Shown here: positions 27,095 to 35,774 of the stretch, piece after piece | Layout: every line of letters begins with the position of its first letter | Numbering within the stretch: position 1 is the first letter of the stretch | Origin: Bryobacteraceae bacterium | GTDB taxonomy: Bacteria > Acidobacteriota > Terriglobia > Bryobacterales > Bryobacteraceae | Length of the DNA: 64,000 nucleotides | Reading direction: 5' to 3' | Assembly: GCA_036273015.1 (NCBI GenBank) | Contig: DATAXN010000054.1 | Span: 13,215-77,214, forward strand | Position numbers and translations under genes: made by a program | The notes under the pieces: model-generated | The model's input: only the letters and a program-made list of their open reading frames with translations | What the model was told of the DNA's origin: nothing | Database searches by the model: none

Positions 27095-27651
27095 TGCGGG
27101 GTCCCTGGTTTCCCAAGCGTTACGCGGACGCGGTGGCGCGTCTGCGGGTCCCCGCGGGGTTCGTGATAGTGATCGCGTTCGCTTGGTTTTCCCATCCGAG
27201 CCTGAAGTCCCTGGCAGTGGGGCTGCCCATTTCGCTCTGTGGACTGGCGCTGCGGGCGTGGGCCGCGGGGCATCTGGCAAAGGATCGGCGCCTGGCGATC
27301 TCGGGCCCTTACTCTTTCACGCGCAATCCGCTCTACCTCGGCACGCTGACGACGGCGCTCGGTCTGGCCGCGGCGGCGCGCAGTATCGGGCTTGCCTTGC
27401 TCTTCGCTGCTTTGTTCGCGCTGGTCTATTTGCCGGCGATCGAACTGGAAGAGCAGCATCTCATGGAGATTCTGCCGGGATACGCGGCGTTCGCCGACCG
27501 TGTGCCGAGGCTGATTCCACGCTGGCCGGAAGGCTTCCGCCACGATCGCTTCTCAGCAGCGCTATACCGGAAGAACCGCGAATATCAGGCGTTGCTGGGA
27601 TGGCTGGTTGGCGCGGTCTGGCTGGTGGTGCGGGCGTTCTGGCTGCCCTGA
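27094..27651 (+). CDS. ICMT/Ste14-PEMT-family membrane methyltransferase
   Basis: Multi-TM protein with GPYSFTRNPLYLG motif. Start placed at ATG 27094 (TGATG overlap with the heptosyltransferase stop). ORF track start is 27055. Confidence 0.7.
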   Translation: MRGPWFPKRYADAVARLRVPAGFVIVIAFAWFSHPSLKSLAVGLPISLCGLALRAWAAGHLAKDRRLAISGPYSFTRNPLYLGTLTTALGLAAAARSIGLALLFAALFALVYLPAIELEEQHLMEILPGYAAFADRVPRLIPRWPEGFRHDRFSAALYRKNREYQALLGWLVGAVWLVVRAFWLP

Positions 27652-27664
27652 GCAGTCACCGGCG

Positions 27665-28048
27665 TTACCAGATTGCATTAGCGTAGTTTCGTCGTATCAA
27701 TCGATCGCGCGTGATCAGCTTCGCCTGTTGGTTGGCTTGCGCTTGCGCCACGATCAGGCGATCGAACGGATCCTCGGTCCAGTCGATATTCAAAGCCTCG
27801 TGCATCACGCTCGCGAAAGGAACGGAGCACAGCCCGACACCGAACAGGGCGCCCAGCGAGGCAAGCAGGGCGTTCGCCTCAGCATTGATCTTTTTTCGCT
27901 TAAGCAAATAAGAAAATTCAAGTAAAACCATCGGCGAGATCAGGAGATCATTCGATTCAATCTGACGCTTCGCTTCACCGCTGAACTCTTCAAGCAGACC
28001 GTCATGCAGAAAGATGGCCGCATGAGTATCAAGGTAGGCAATACTCAA
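27665..28048 (-). CDS. vapC: PIN-domain toxin (VapC family)
   Basis: 127 aa. N-terminal acidic LDTHA, later DPFDRLIVAQA. 4-nt overlap with the upstream antitoxin gene. Confidence 0.85.
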   Translation of the reverse strand: MSIAYLDTHAAIFLHDGLLEEFSGEAKRQIESNDLLISPMVLLEFSYLLKRKKINAEANALLASLGALFGVGLCSVPFASVMHEALNIDWTEDPFDRLIVAQAQANQQAKLITRDRLIRRNYANAIW

Positions 28049-28290
28049 AGGGCTTTGTCATCCTGATTCCATCGACTCTCCAATTCCGTCATCAAAACCG
28101 GATCGGATTCTACGATCGATTGCGGATCGACCAAAAGAGTATGCCGGCGAATTGCCCGCGACAGCTTTGATCCTGCCGATGGCGGCACCAAGCGAAGCTT
28201 CGAACCCTTGTAATCGATCTCAACCGTCTCTCCTCGGAGCGCACGGTCCAGCACCTGAAACAGGTTCTTCCGCAGAGCGGTGGCAGTCAT
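28045..28290 (-). CDS. Phd/YefM-family antitoxin
   Basis: 81 aa. MTATALRKNLFQVLDRALRGETVEIDYKGSKLRLVP is typical of the Phd/YefM N-domain. Confidence 0.8.
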   Translation of the reverse strand: MTATALRKNLFQVLDRALRGETVEIDYKGSKLRLVPPSAGSKLSRAIRRHTLLVDPQSIVESDPVLMTELESRWNQDDKAL

Positions 28291-28298
28291 GAATTAAG

Positions 28299-28339
28299 TG
28301 TACATTGAGGAGCGTACATAATCAATATGATATGTACAT
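28299..28339. promoter_or_regulatory. Putative antitoxin operator: repeated TGTACA hexamers
   Basis: TGTACA at 28299-28304, cGTACA at 28313-28318, aTGTACAt at 28332-28339. Lies immediately upstream of the antitoxin start (28290) in an AT-rich divergent spacer. Confidence 0.45.
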
Positions 28340-28375
28340 GCGCGTAACCAGTCTGCTTGTAAGACAATAGGACTT

Positions 28376-28816
28376 ATGGCATATCCCGAACAACTCCTCA
28401 TTCCCATGCGTGAGGACCTTACGCGCTTTGGTGTCGCAGAGACGCGCACTCCGGCAGAGGTCGACCGGATGATCGCGCCCGAAAATGGCACGGTGATGAT
28501 GGTGGTGAACTCCGTATGCGGATGCGCGGCGGGCAAGGCGCGTCCCGGCATCGGAATGGCGCTCAGGCATGCAGTGCGGCCGGATAAAGTGGCGACGGTG
28601 TTCGCCGGCGGCGACGATGCCGCGGTGGCGCATCTGCGCGGCATTCTTTCGGGCTATCCGCCGTCTTCGCCCTCAATCGCGTTGTTTCAGAACGGCAAGC
28701 CGGTGTATATGATGCACCGAAGCGATATCGAACCGCGCGACGCCTTCCAGATATCGAAAATGCTCACGGATGCGTTTGACCGCTTCTGTGTGAAGAAGGA
28801 ATCCCCAGTCGCTTAA
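28376..28816 (+). CDS. Bacilliredoxin (BrxA/BrxB, YphP/YqiW family)
   Basis: 146 aa. VVNSVCGCAAGKARP (CGC redox motif), TVFAGGDDAA, PSSPSIALF. Confidence 0.8.
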   Translation: MAYPEQLLIPMREDLTRFGVAETRTPAEVDRMIAPENGTVMMVVNSVCGCAAGKARPGIGMALRHAVRPDKVATVFAGGDDAAVAHLRGILSGYPPSSPSIALFQNGKPVYMMHRSDIEPRDAFQISKMLTDAFDRFCVKKESPVA

Positions 28817-28818
28817 GT

Positions 28819-29259
28819 TCAGGAACTTGCCGCTACTTGCGATACCGGTCCATCGAGCGCATCGCGCACGATCTGGCCCAGGCGCATGAAGCCGGCCAAG
28901 TCGCCAGGCTTCTGGAAGTATGCCGTGGCGCCCAATTGCGAGACGGCTTCACGATCCATTGGAGAGCCGGATGACGTGACAATGATGATCGGAATCGCCT
29001 TGCACCGGCGACTCTGACGAATCCGCGTCAGGATATGATTTCCAGTTGTCCGCGGGAGATTCAAGTCCACCAATGCCAGACCAGGCGATACCGCCGAGTC
29101 ATCGGTATCAATGTGTTCGATATAGCGAAGCGCGGCTTGACCATCTTCAACGACAATCAAGTCGACATCCTTCAGGCCGTGCTTTTCCAGAGCGCGGCGA
29201 ACGAGGAAGACATCGCCCGGATTATCCTCGGCCAGCAGAACTGTAAGAGGCAAGCTCAT
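28819..29259 (-). CDS. Stand-alone response-regulator receiver protein (CheY-like)
   Basis: Start at ATG 29259 (M82 of ORF 28819..29502): MSLPLTVLLAEDNPGDVFL, phospho-Asp context LALVDLNLP, YFQKP. Confidence 0.85.
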   Translation of the reverse strand: MSLPLTVLLAEDNPGDVFLVRRALEKHGLKDVDLIVVEDGQAALRYIEHIDTDDSAVSPGLALVDLNLPRTTGNHILTRIRQSRRCKAIPIIIVTSSGSPMDREAVSQLGATAYFQKPGDLAGFMRLGQIVRDALDGPVSQVAASS

Positions 29260-31432
29260 ATTCCCCGGTTTCGACTCCCTGAAGCGTGAAAAAGAACGTG
29301 GAGCCCTTACCGGGTTCCGATTCCACCCAAATGTGACCTCCTGCGCGTTCCACAATCTTCTGGCAGAGCGCAAGTCCGATTCCCGTGCCTTCGAACGCAG
29401 GGCCGTGCAGCCGCTTAAAGATCCCGAAGATCTGTGTCCGATACTCGGGCTCGATGCCGATGCCGTTATCGCTGACGGAAAACAGCCACGCACCGCCCGC
29501 ATTCAGCTTCACGTCGATCAGTACGCTCGGCCTTTCGCCTTCCGGATAAGTTTCCCTGCGGTACTTCAGAGCATTGCCGACCAGGTTCTGAAAGAGCTGC
29601 ACGAGATGGATTTCCGGCAACTGAACGAGCGGAAGATTATCGGCAAACTTCACAGAAGCTCCGGTATCGTCGATGAAAGTCGCAAGGTTCAAAAGCGCCG
29701 ATTTTACCGCGGCGCGGGAATCCGCCCTGGGAGAAATCTCCGGCAGGGCATTGGCTACGCGCGAGTAAGTCAGCAGGCCCGTCAGCAGATGCGACATGCG
29801 CCTGGCTCCATTCACTGCAAAGTCGATGTATGACAGGGCATGGCGATCCAGCGCGCTGCCATACTCTTCTTTCAAAAGTTGGCTGTAGATGGAGACCATG
29901 CGCAGCGGTTCCTGCAGGTCATGGCTGGCGGCATATGCAAATTGCTCCAAATCCGCGTTCGACTGCTGAAGAGCCAGGTTGGCCAACTTGAGTTGCGTGG
30001 CGCCTTCCATCTGCTGCTGAATGTCGGTACACCCTCCGAGCCATCTCACAATTTGGCTGGTGCGATCCCGCACTGCGACGGCGCGACAAAGAAACCAACG
30101 CCAGTTCCCGTCGCTCGACCGGCGCAAGCGCGCCTGTACTTCGAATTTGGCGCCGGTTCCCAGCGATTCCTTCCAGCGGCTGAAGTATTCGTCGCGATCT
30201 TCCGGGTGCAGCAAATCCTTCCAGGGCCGAAGCGGAATATATTGCCGGGCTTCGTCTCCCGATCCCCAACCCGCATAGGAAGTCCACACTTGGTTGACGT
30301 ACTCGATGTTCCCCTCGGCATCGGTGGACCAGATAAGCTCGGGCAGGGCGCTCGCGAGTGTGCGAAACCGTTCTTCGCTTTCCTTGAGCGCGTCCTCAAC
30401 CCTCTTGCGCTCTGTATTGTCGGAACAGTAACCCACCAGGAACTCGGAACGTCGATCAACCAGCCTGGTCACATCGACCAAGCTCGGAAAACCGGTTCCA
30501 TCCCGCCGCAAATGTTGTTGTTCGAACATGTGCCGGCCTTTTTCGCCTGCGAGGTGTAACGCCGAGGAGAACTCCTCGCGGCCCCCAAGCGGCACCAAAT
30601 CACTCAGTTTGCTGCCGAGCAATTCGGTAACCGAATATCCATGCATGGCCGCAAAAGTCGGATTCATGTCAACGATGAGGCCCGTCCTCGAATCGGCTAC
30701 GAACATTCCGAAGCCGGCGCCGGAAAACGTTTGCTTCCAGCGCTCGAGCATCCGCCGCGATTCCTCAATCCTCTCGGCAAACTCCTCGCGTTCCTTCACC
30801 ACCGAATCCACTGCCCAACCCATGCGCACCAGCAGGAAAACAAGGCCGACGCAGCCAACGAGGACGACAATCAACGAGTTGTTGGCGTTCGACTCGGAAG
30901 CATGCTCGAGGTTATGAAGGCTCATGTATTCCGTACCCAGCAAGAGTTCCCCGGCTTTTCGAACGGCTTCCATGGTGAGTCTGCCCTCGTCGGTCCGCAT
31001 CAAGGCAAGTGCGGCATCGGCGCCCGACTGGTCCCGAAGATCAATCGTTCGCTTCAGGTCTGCCATCTTGTCGTGGATCAACGTCTGAAGATAGGCAACT
31101 TCTTTTTCCTGCCGATGCATGGCAGCGGCCGTCGCGGCAAGGTTGCGCAGTTCACCTGGAATTACCCTGACTGCTGTTCTGTAGGGTTCCAGATATTGCG
31201 GGTCGCCCGTGAGAAGGAAGCCGCGCTGGCTGGTCTCTGCGTCGGTAATTGAGGAAATCAGATCGTCGGTTTGCTTCTCCAGTTGCCGCGTCTCGTCCAC
31301 CTGATGGTCGGCCGCCTGAAATTCGCGCCACTCATGATAAAACAGGAAGCCGATGCCGAGAACAATGGCGATGGCGAGGTATCGCCAAAGGCGATCGATT
31401 CTTCCCTGCTGCCGCAGAGCCACTGATTGCAT
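29222..31432 (-). CDS. CHASE3-PAS-PAS sensor histidine kinase
   Basis: 736 aa. CHASE3-like ITDAETSQRGFLLTGDPQYLEPY between two TM helices, two PAS-like segments, H-box ASHDLQEPLRM, G-box GTGIGLALC. Confidence 0.85.
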   Translation of the reverse strand: MQSVALRQQGRIDRLWRYLAIAIVLGIGFLFYHEWREFQAADHQVDETRQLEKQTDDLISSITDAETSQRGFLLTGDPQYLEPYRTAVRVIPGELRNLAATAAAMHRQEKEVAYLQTLIHDKMADLKRTIDLRDQSGADAALALMRTDEGRLTMEAVRKAGELLLGTEYMSLHNLEHASESNANNSLIVVLVGCVGLVFLLVRMGWAVDSVVKEREEFAERIEESRRMLERWKQTFSGAGFGMFVADSRTGLIVDMNPTFAAMHGYSVTELLGSKLSDLVPLGGREEFSSALHLAGEKGRHMFEQQHLRRDGTGFPSLVDVTRLVDRRSEFLVGYCSDNTERKRVEDALKESEERFRTLASALPELIWSTDAEGNIEYVNQVWTSYAGWGSGDEARQYIPLRPWKDLLHPEDRDEYFSRWKESLGTGAKFEVQARLRRSSDGNWRWFLCRAVAVRDRTSQIVRWLGGCTDIQQQMEGATQLKLANLALQQSNADLEQFAYAASHDLQEPLRMVSIYSQLLKEEYGSALDRHALSYIDFAVNGARRMSHLLTGLLTYSRVANALPEISPRADSRAAVKSALLNLATFIDDTGASVKFADNLPLVQLPEIHLVQLFQNLVGNALKYRRETYPEGERPSVLIDVKLNAGGAWLFSVSDNGIGIEPEYRTQIFGIFKRLHGPAFEGTGIGLALCQKIVERAGGHIWVESEPGKGSTFFFTLQGVETGEYELASYSSAGRG

Positions 31433-31460
31433 TTTATCCTGATTTTGTAATAGTGGTGAC

Positions 31461-32150
31461 GTGACGGCTCAGGATGCGGAGTTCCTCGACAGGCTTGTGC
31501 ATGATCTGCGCGAACCTTTGCGTTCCATAGGCGCGTTCTCCGAACTGCTGGCAGAGATGGCGAAAGGCCGGCTTGAGTCGGACGGCGACCGCGTCCTGAG
31601 TGAGATTCTTTCGGGGACGTCGAGGCTGGGGACGCTGCTCGAAGGTCTTTCCGGGTACTCAACCGCGTTGCGCAGGTCGGCGATCCGATCAACAGAGACA
31701 TCGTCGCTTCCCTCCGCGCTGAAAATTGTGGTGGCCAATATGACAGATCAGATTCGGATGAGTGGCGCGACCGTTACCGGCGTCGAGGTGACCGGGGAAC
31801 TCCCTCGCCTGGCGATAGGCTTGGAGCCGTTGATGCAATTGCTGGAGAACCTGATCGGCAATTCGCTGCGGTTTCGATCGGACGCGGCCCTTCTTATCCG
31901 GATCTCGGCTGCACCGGACAACGCCGGAGTGTGGGCGATACGCGTCGAAGACAACGGCATCGGAATCGCGCCGGCAGATTACGAGGCGGTCTTTCGTCCT
32001 TTCAAACGTGTGGCGGGAAAAAAGTACCCGGGCTCCGGACTCGGCCTGACCATCTGCAAGACCATTGTGGAGACTTTCGGCGGGACAATCCGCATGGCAT
32101 CCGCGCCCGGGGGAGGTGCGGTCTGCACCTTTACGCTCGCTGCTGCGTGA
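31461..32150 (+). CDS. Minimal cytoplasmic histidine kinase (HisKA + HATPase only)
   Basis: 229 aa, GTG start. H-box VHDLREPLRS within the first 20 aa. GSGLGLTICK. No TM or sensor domain. Confidence 0.75.
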   Translation: MTAQDAEFLDRLVHDLREPLRSIGAFSELLAEMAKGRLESDGDRVLSEILSGTSRLGTLLEGLSGYSTALRRSAIRSTETSSLPSALKIVVANMTDQIRMSGATVTGVEVTGELPRLAIGLEPLMQLLENLIGNSLRFRSDAALLIRISAAPDNAGVWAIRVEDNGIGIAPADYEAVFRPFKRVAGKKYPGSGLGLTICKTIVETFGGTIRMASAPGGGAVCTFTLAAA

Positions 32151-32409
32151 CGGCGGCGAGCGATCCCAAAAATGGAATCCGGCAGGCTATCTCCAAGTCT
32201 GCTGTGCAACCATTAATGGCTTAAGCGCATCCAAATCAATGGGAAAGGAACCGTAAAGTGTGGCTCATCAGCCACAGGGTTACGATATTGGAAACTGCAT
32301 AATTGTGGTTATTTTCAATATTTTACAAGTGCGTTAAATATTTCCAGACGGACAAGATTAACGAGCTTGTGCCATACTAAGTTAACTCTACGGTATCGCG
32401 GAAGAATAA

Positions 32410-33777
32410 ATGACGCAGTTGGACGAGGCGATCACTCGCTATCACCGGATTCTCGAATCTGAGCCCTACCGGGATTTGCGGTGGGTGAAAAATCTACAGG
32501 ACCAGATGGAAGCCCGTCAGCTTTCGGCTGGCGGTCGTCTGCTCTGTCCCTTTCTCAGGCCGAATTTCGTTACCCAGAAACAGTACGACAATCTGGTGAA
32601 AACCGGCGAAGCATTGATATCGGCTGTCGATCGGATGCTGCGCACGGCGCTCGCGTCTCCGCAATTACTTTCCCGCATGCAGTTGTTTCCCGCCGAAAAA
32701 ATGCTGGCTGCCATTGACCCGGGATACGAGATGGCCGAAGTATCCGCGCAACTCGATCTGCAGATCCGGAACGGGTCCCTGCATGTCATGCAGTATAACG
32801 CGGACGCATTGACGGGAGCGGCGTGGTCGGAAGGGCTTTCGGATTTGTTCTACGATTGCCCGCCGGTGAAAGAGTTCCGCCGCCGATACACGCTGACGCG
32901 AGTGGGAGGCAAGAAGCCCTTTCTCAACGCGCTGCTCAAGGCCTACAAGATGTTTGCGGCGGGCACGCCCGGCGCCAAGCCGAAGCCCAATATCGCGATA
33001 CTTGAGTTCCGCGACCCCACCGGACGCAGTGAGTACGAAATTTATCGCGACTACTTCCGCGCCGAGGGATACCCCTCGGAGCTGGTTTCGCCCGATCAAC
33101 TGGAATACCGCAACGGAGTGCTGCGCAGCGGCAACTTCGATATCGATCTGATCTACCGCCGCATCAGCGCGCAGGAATTTCTGCTTCGCTTCACGCTGAA
33201 TCATCCGCTGGTTCATGCGTATCGTGATCGCAAAGTTTGTATCGTAAACAGTTTCCGATCGGAGCTTTCGCACAAGAAGGCGATGTTCGCGCTGCTGACC
33301 GACGAATCGCTCACAGCGAAGTTTCCGATCAACGAGCGCAAAGCCATTCGCGAGCACGTGCCGTGGACTCGCTTCGTGAAGAGCGGCAAAACTCAGTATC
33401 GCGACGAGACGATCGACGACCTGATCGAATACATCAAGCAGAATCGCGAGAAGCTGGTGCTCCGTCCCAACGACGAGTACAGCGACCTGCATAGCTTCAT
33501 CGGATACGAGCACGACGAAGGTTCGTGGGCGCGCGCCATCCGCGAAGCGCTTCGTGCGCCTTATGTCGTGCAGGAACGTGTGAAGCCGGCGCGCACTGTA
33601 TTCCCGCTGATGAATTACGGACATCTTGAGTTCAAGGAGATGCAGGTGGATGTGCAGCCGCAGGCATTCCTCGGCAAGGTGGCCGGATGCTCCAGCTATG
33701 TGTCGTCGTCCGGTCCGGGTAGTTATTCACCCGCTTCGGGATTCGCGCCAACTTTCATCATCGATCCCAAGGGCTAA
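32410..33777 (+). CDS. Divergent circularly-permuted ATP-grasp-like protein (distant paralog of 50491..51975)
   Basis: 455 aa. Collinear motif matches to the bona fide cpATP-grasp in this window: IDLIYRRI / VDVIYRRV, VCIVNSFRSELSHKKAMFALL / IALANAVGTGVADDKAIYAYV, LVLRPNDEYSD / LVVKAVGESGG, YVVQERV / YIAQPVI. Confidence 0.5.
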   Translation: MTQLDEAITRYHRILESEPYRDLRWVKNLQDQMEARQLSAGGRLLCPFLRPNFVTQKQYDNLVKTGEALISAVDRMLRTALASPQLLSRMQLFPAEKMLAAIDPGYEMAEVSAQLDLQIRNGSLHVMQYNADALTGAAWSEGLSDLFYDCPPVKEFRRRYTLTRVGGKKPFLNALLKAYKMFAAGTPGAKPKPNIAILEFRDPTGRSEYEIYRDYFRAEGYPSELVSPDQLEYRNGVLRSGNFDIDLIYRRISAQEFLLRFTLNHPLVHAYRDRKVCIVNSFRSELSHKKAMFALLTDESLTAKFPINERKAIREHVPWTRFVKSGKTQYRDETIDDLIEYIKQNREKLVLRPNDEYSDLHSFIGYEHDEGSWARAIREALRAPYVVQERVKPARTVFPLMNYGHLEFKEMQVDVQPQAFLGKVAGCSSYVSSSGPGSYSPASGFAPTFIIDPKG

Positions 33778-33811
33778 ACAAAACCCTCAGAATCGCCGAT
33801 GATATTGATAT

Positions 33812-34012
33812 ATGGACGACGAACTCAAAACATACCTCGAAGAAATGAAGCGCGATTTGCGGCAGCACACGGAGGCGGTCGAGACACGTCTGCTGAAAGA
33901 ATTCTGGAAGTGGGCGCGTACCGCCGATGCGCGTTACCGGCAGAATCAGGGCGTGGTCGGTGGGCTGGCGGAACGTGCGGGAATCGTCGAAGAATCGACT
34001 CGCGGATCTTGA
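33812..34012 (+). CDS. Possible small helical protein
   Basis: 66-aa ORF MDDELKTYLEEMKRDLRQHTEAVETRLLKEFWKWARTADARYRQ. Protein-like, unlike the overlapping 75-aa frame. No clear SD. Confidence 0.3.
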   Translation: MDDELKTYLEEMKRDLRQHTEAVETRLLKEFWKWARTADARYRQNQGVVGGLAERAGIVEESTRGS

Positions 34013-34030
34013 GAGAGGCTCTTTAACGAG

Positions 34031-34357
34031 CTAATTATTTCGGGCAGGGGCGCGGGCCGGAGTAGCAGGTGTGCGGGCCGGAGTAATGGATACGACCCTC
34101 AGCCTGTTCTCTGAGCCAAGAGTTCCCGTCACAATCACCTTCCTGCCGACGTACCGGGCAGGCGTCTTCTGATCGCTCAACACCCAGGCATCACTACCCG
34201 ACTGCAATGTGTATTTTGGTGTTTTTGAGATGGGGCACTGCGTCGCGCAACTCGGTCCAACGCACCGATTGTCATGGATGACGCCGATGAAGCTGCTCGG
34301 AGCCTTTTCGGCCAGGCATAATCCTGCGGCGACCAGAAACATAGCGAACCATCTCAT
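34031..34357 (-). CDS. Small secreted Cys-containing protein (DUF5818-like)
   Basis: 108 aa, signal peptide. IHDNRCVGPSCATQC...YTLQSGSDAWVLSDQ...GRKVIVTGTL. Confidence 0.5.
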   Translation of the reverse strand: MRWFAMFLVAAGLCLAEKAPSSFIGVIHDNRCVGPSCATQCPISKTPKYTLQSGSDAWVLSDQKTPARYVGRKVIVTGTLGSENRLRVVSITPARTPATPARAPARNN

Positions 34358-34387
34358 CCACCTTCATTTTAGCCCGCCCGGAATACA

Positions 34388-35722
34388 ATGAGAGGAAACG
34401 TGGAAAAGACCTTCTACATCGAGACTTTCGGGTGCCAGATGAATGCCCATGACTCAGAGAAGGTCGTTGGCACGCTGCTGCACGAAGGCTACACGCAGGT
34501 CGACACCGTGGAAGCGGCGCAGTACGTTTTCTACAACACCTGCAGCATCCGCGACAAAGCCGAGCAGAAGGTTTTCAATCGCCTGCAGCATTTCCGGCGC
34601 GATGCCGGGAAAGGGAAGGTCTTCGCGGTGATCGGCTGCGTGGCCCAGCAGGAAGGCGAGAAGATATTCGAACGCGCGCCGCACGTCAGTCTGGTGGCGG
34701 GCTCGGCCAGTTATACGAAGCTGCCGGAGATGCTGATTCAGCTTGAATCCGGCAACAAGCGCGTGACCGGTCTGAGGTTCGATTCCGACGAGGCTTTCGA
34801 CACTCCGTTCACGCGACGCGACAATCCGCATCGCGCTTACATCACGATCATCGAAGGTTGCGATAAGAGTTGCGCGTACTGCGTGGTGCCGTTCACCCGC
34901 GGCCCGGAACGCAGCCGCACCAGCGCAAGCGTAATGGAAGAAGCGAAGCGTCTTGCCGAGTCCGGATATACGGAGGTCCAACTGCTGGGGCAGAACGTCA
35001 ACAGCTATCGCGATCCGTCTCCCGCCGGGTGGGACTTCGCGACGCTGTTGGATCGCGTGGGGACGGTCGCGGGCATCCGGCGGGTTCGCTTTACCACTTC
35101 GCACCCGCGCGATTTCGTGAAGCCCATCGTCGATGCGATCGATTCCAATCCGAATTTGTGTAACCACGTGCATCTGCCGGTACAGTCGGGGTCTTCGCGA
35201 GTGCTGGAAGGAATGCAGCGCCTTTACACGCGCGATCAGTATATGGAGCGGATTTCGTGGATGAAGAACGCGCGGCGCTCCATCGCAATTACTTCGGACA
35301 TCATTGTCGGCTTCCCGGGCGAAACGGAAAAAGATTTCGAAGAGACGCTCAACCTTCTGGACGAAATTCAATACGACTCAATCTTCAGCTTCAAATATTC
35401 GCCGCGGCCCAACACCGCCGCGCTGCGGAGGGCCGATCAGATTCCCGAAGCGGAGAAGACGAGACGACTGACGATCGTGCAGGAGAGGCAGCGCGCCATT
35501 CAGATCCGCAACAACATCTCGCTGGTCGGCACCCTGGAGGAAGTGAACGTCGAGGGCAGGCAGGAGTCGCTCGGGCTTTTGATTGGGAGGACTTCGCGCA
35601 ACCGGACGCTGAACTTCACGCCTGCGGGATCGGGCACCGCGGCGGAACTCATCGGCAAATACGTTAACGTCCGTGTTACGCGTGGCGGTCCCAATTCGCT
35701 TGCGGGCGAAATGGTGAACTGA
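34388..35722 (+). CDS. miaB: tRNA-2-methylthio-N6-dimethylallyladenosine synthase
   Basis: 444 aa. UPF0004 FGCQMN, radical-SAM CDKSCAYC, C-terminal TRAM domain. Confidence 0.9.
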   Translation: MRGNVEKTFYIETFGCQMNAHDSEKVVGTLLHEGYTQVDTVEAAQYVFYNTCSIRDKAEQKVFNRLQHFRRDAGKGKVFAVIGCVAQQEGEKIFERAPHVSLVAGSASYTKLPEMLIQLESGNKRVTGLRFDSDEAFDTPFTRRDNPHRAYITIIEGCDKSCAYCVVPFTRGPERSRTSASVMEEAKRLAESGYTEVQLLGQNVNSYRDPSPAGWDFATLLDRVGTVAGIRRVRFTTSHPRDFVKPIVDAIDSNPNLCNHVHLPVQSGSSRVLEGMQRLYTRDQYMERISWMKNARRSIAITSDIIVGFPGETEKDFEETLNLLDEIQYDSIFSFKYSPRPNTAALRRADQIPEAEKTRRLTIVQERQRAIQIRNNISLVGTLEEVNVEGRQESLGLLIGRTSRNRTLNFTPAGSGTAAELIGKYVNVRVTRGGPNSLAGEMVN

Positions 35723-35774
35723 TTCGCCACGAGCGCTCACTTTTGCTTTCGCGCGCCTGTGATGTAATAAAGCC

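Noticed and set aside
28819-29502. 227-aa version of the response-regulator ORF
   Set aside because: The first 81 codons overlap the 3' end of the histidine kinase gene and look non-protein-like. The receiver domain begins at M82 (29259).
32665-35371. 319-aa (32665..33624) and 305-aa (34454..35371) minus-strand ORFs
   Set aside because: They are antisense to the cpATP-grasp-like gene and to miaB (which has the radical-SAM CxxxCxxC motif). No motifs of their own.
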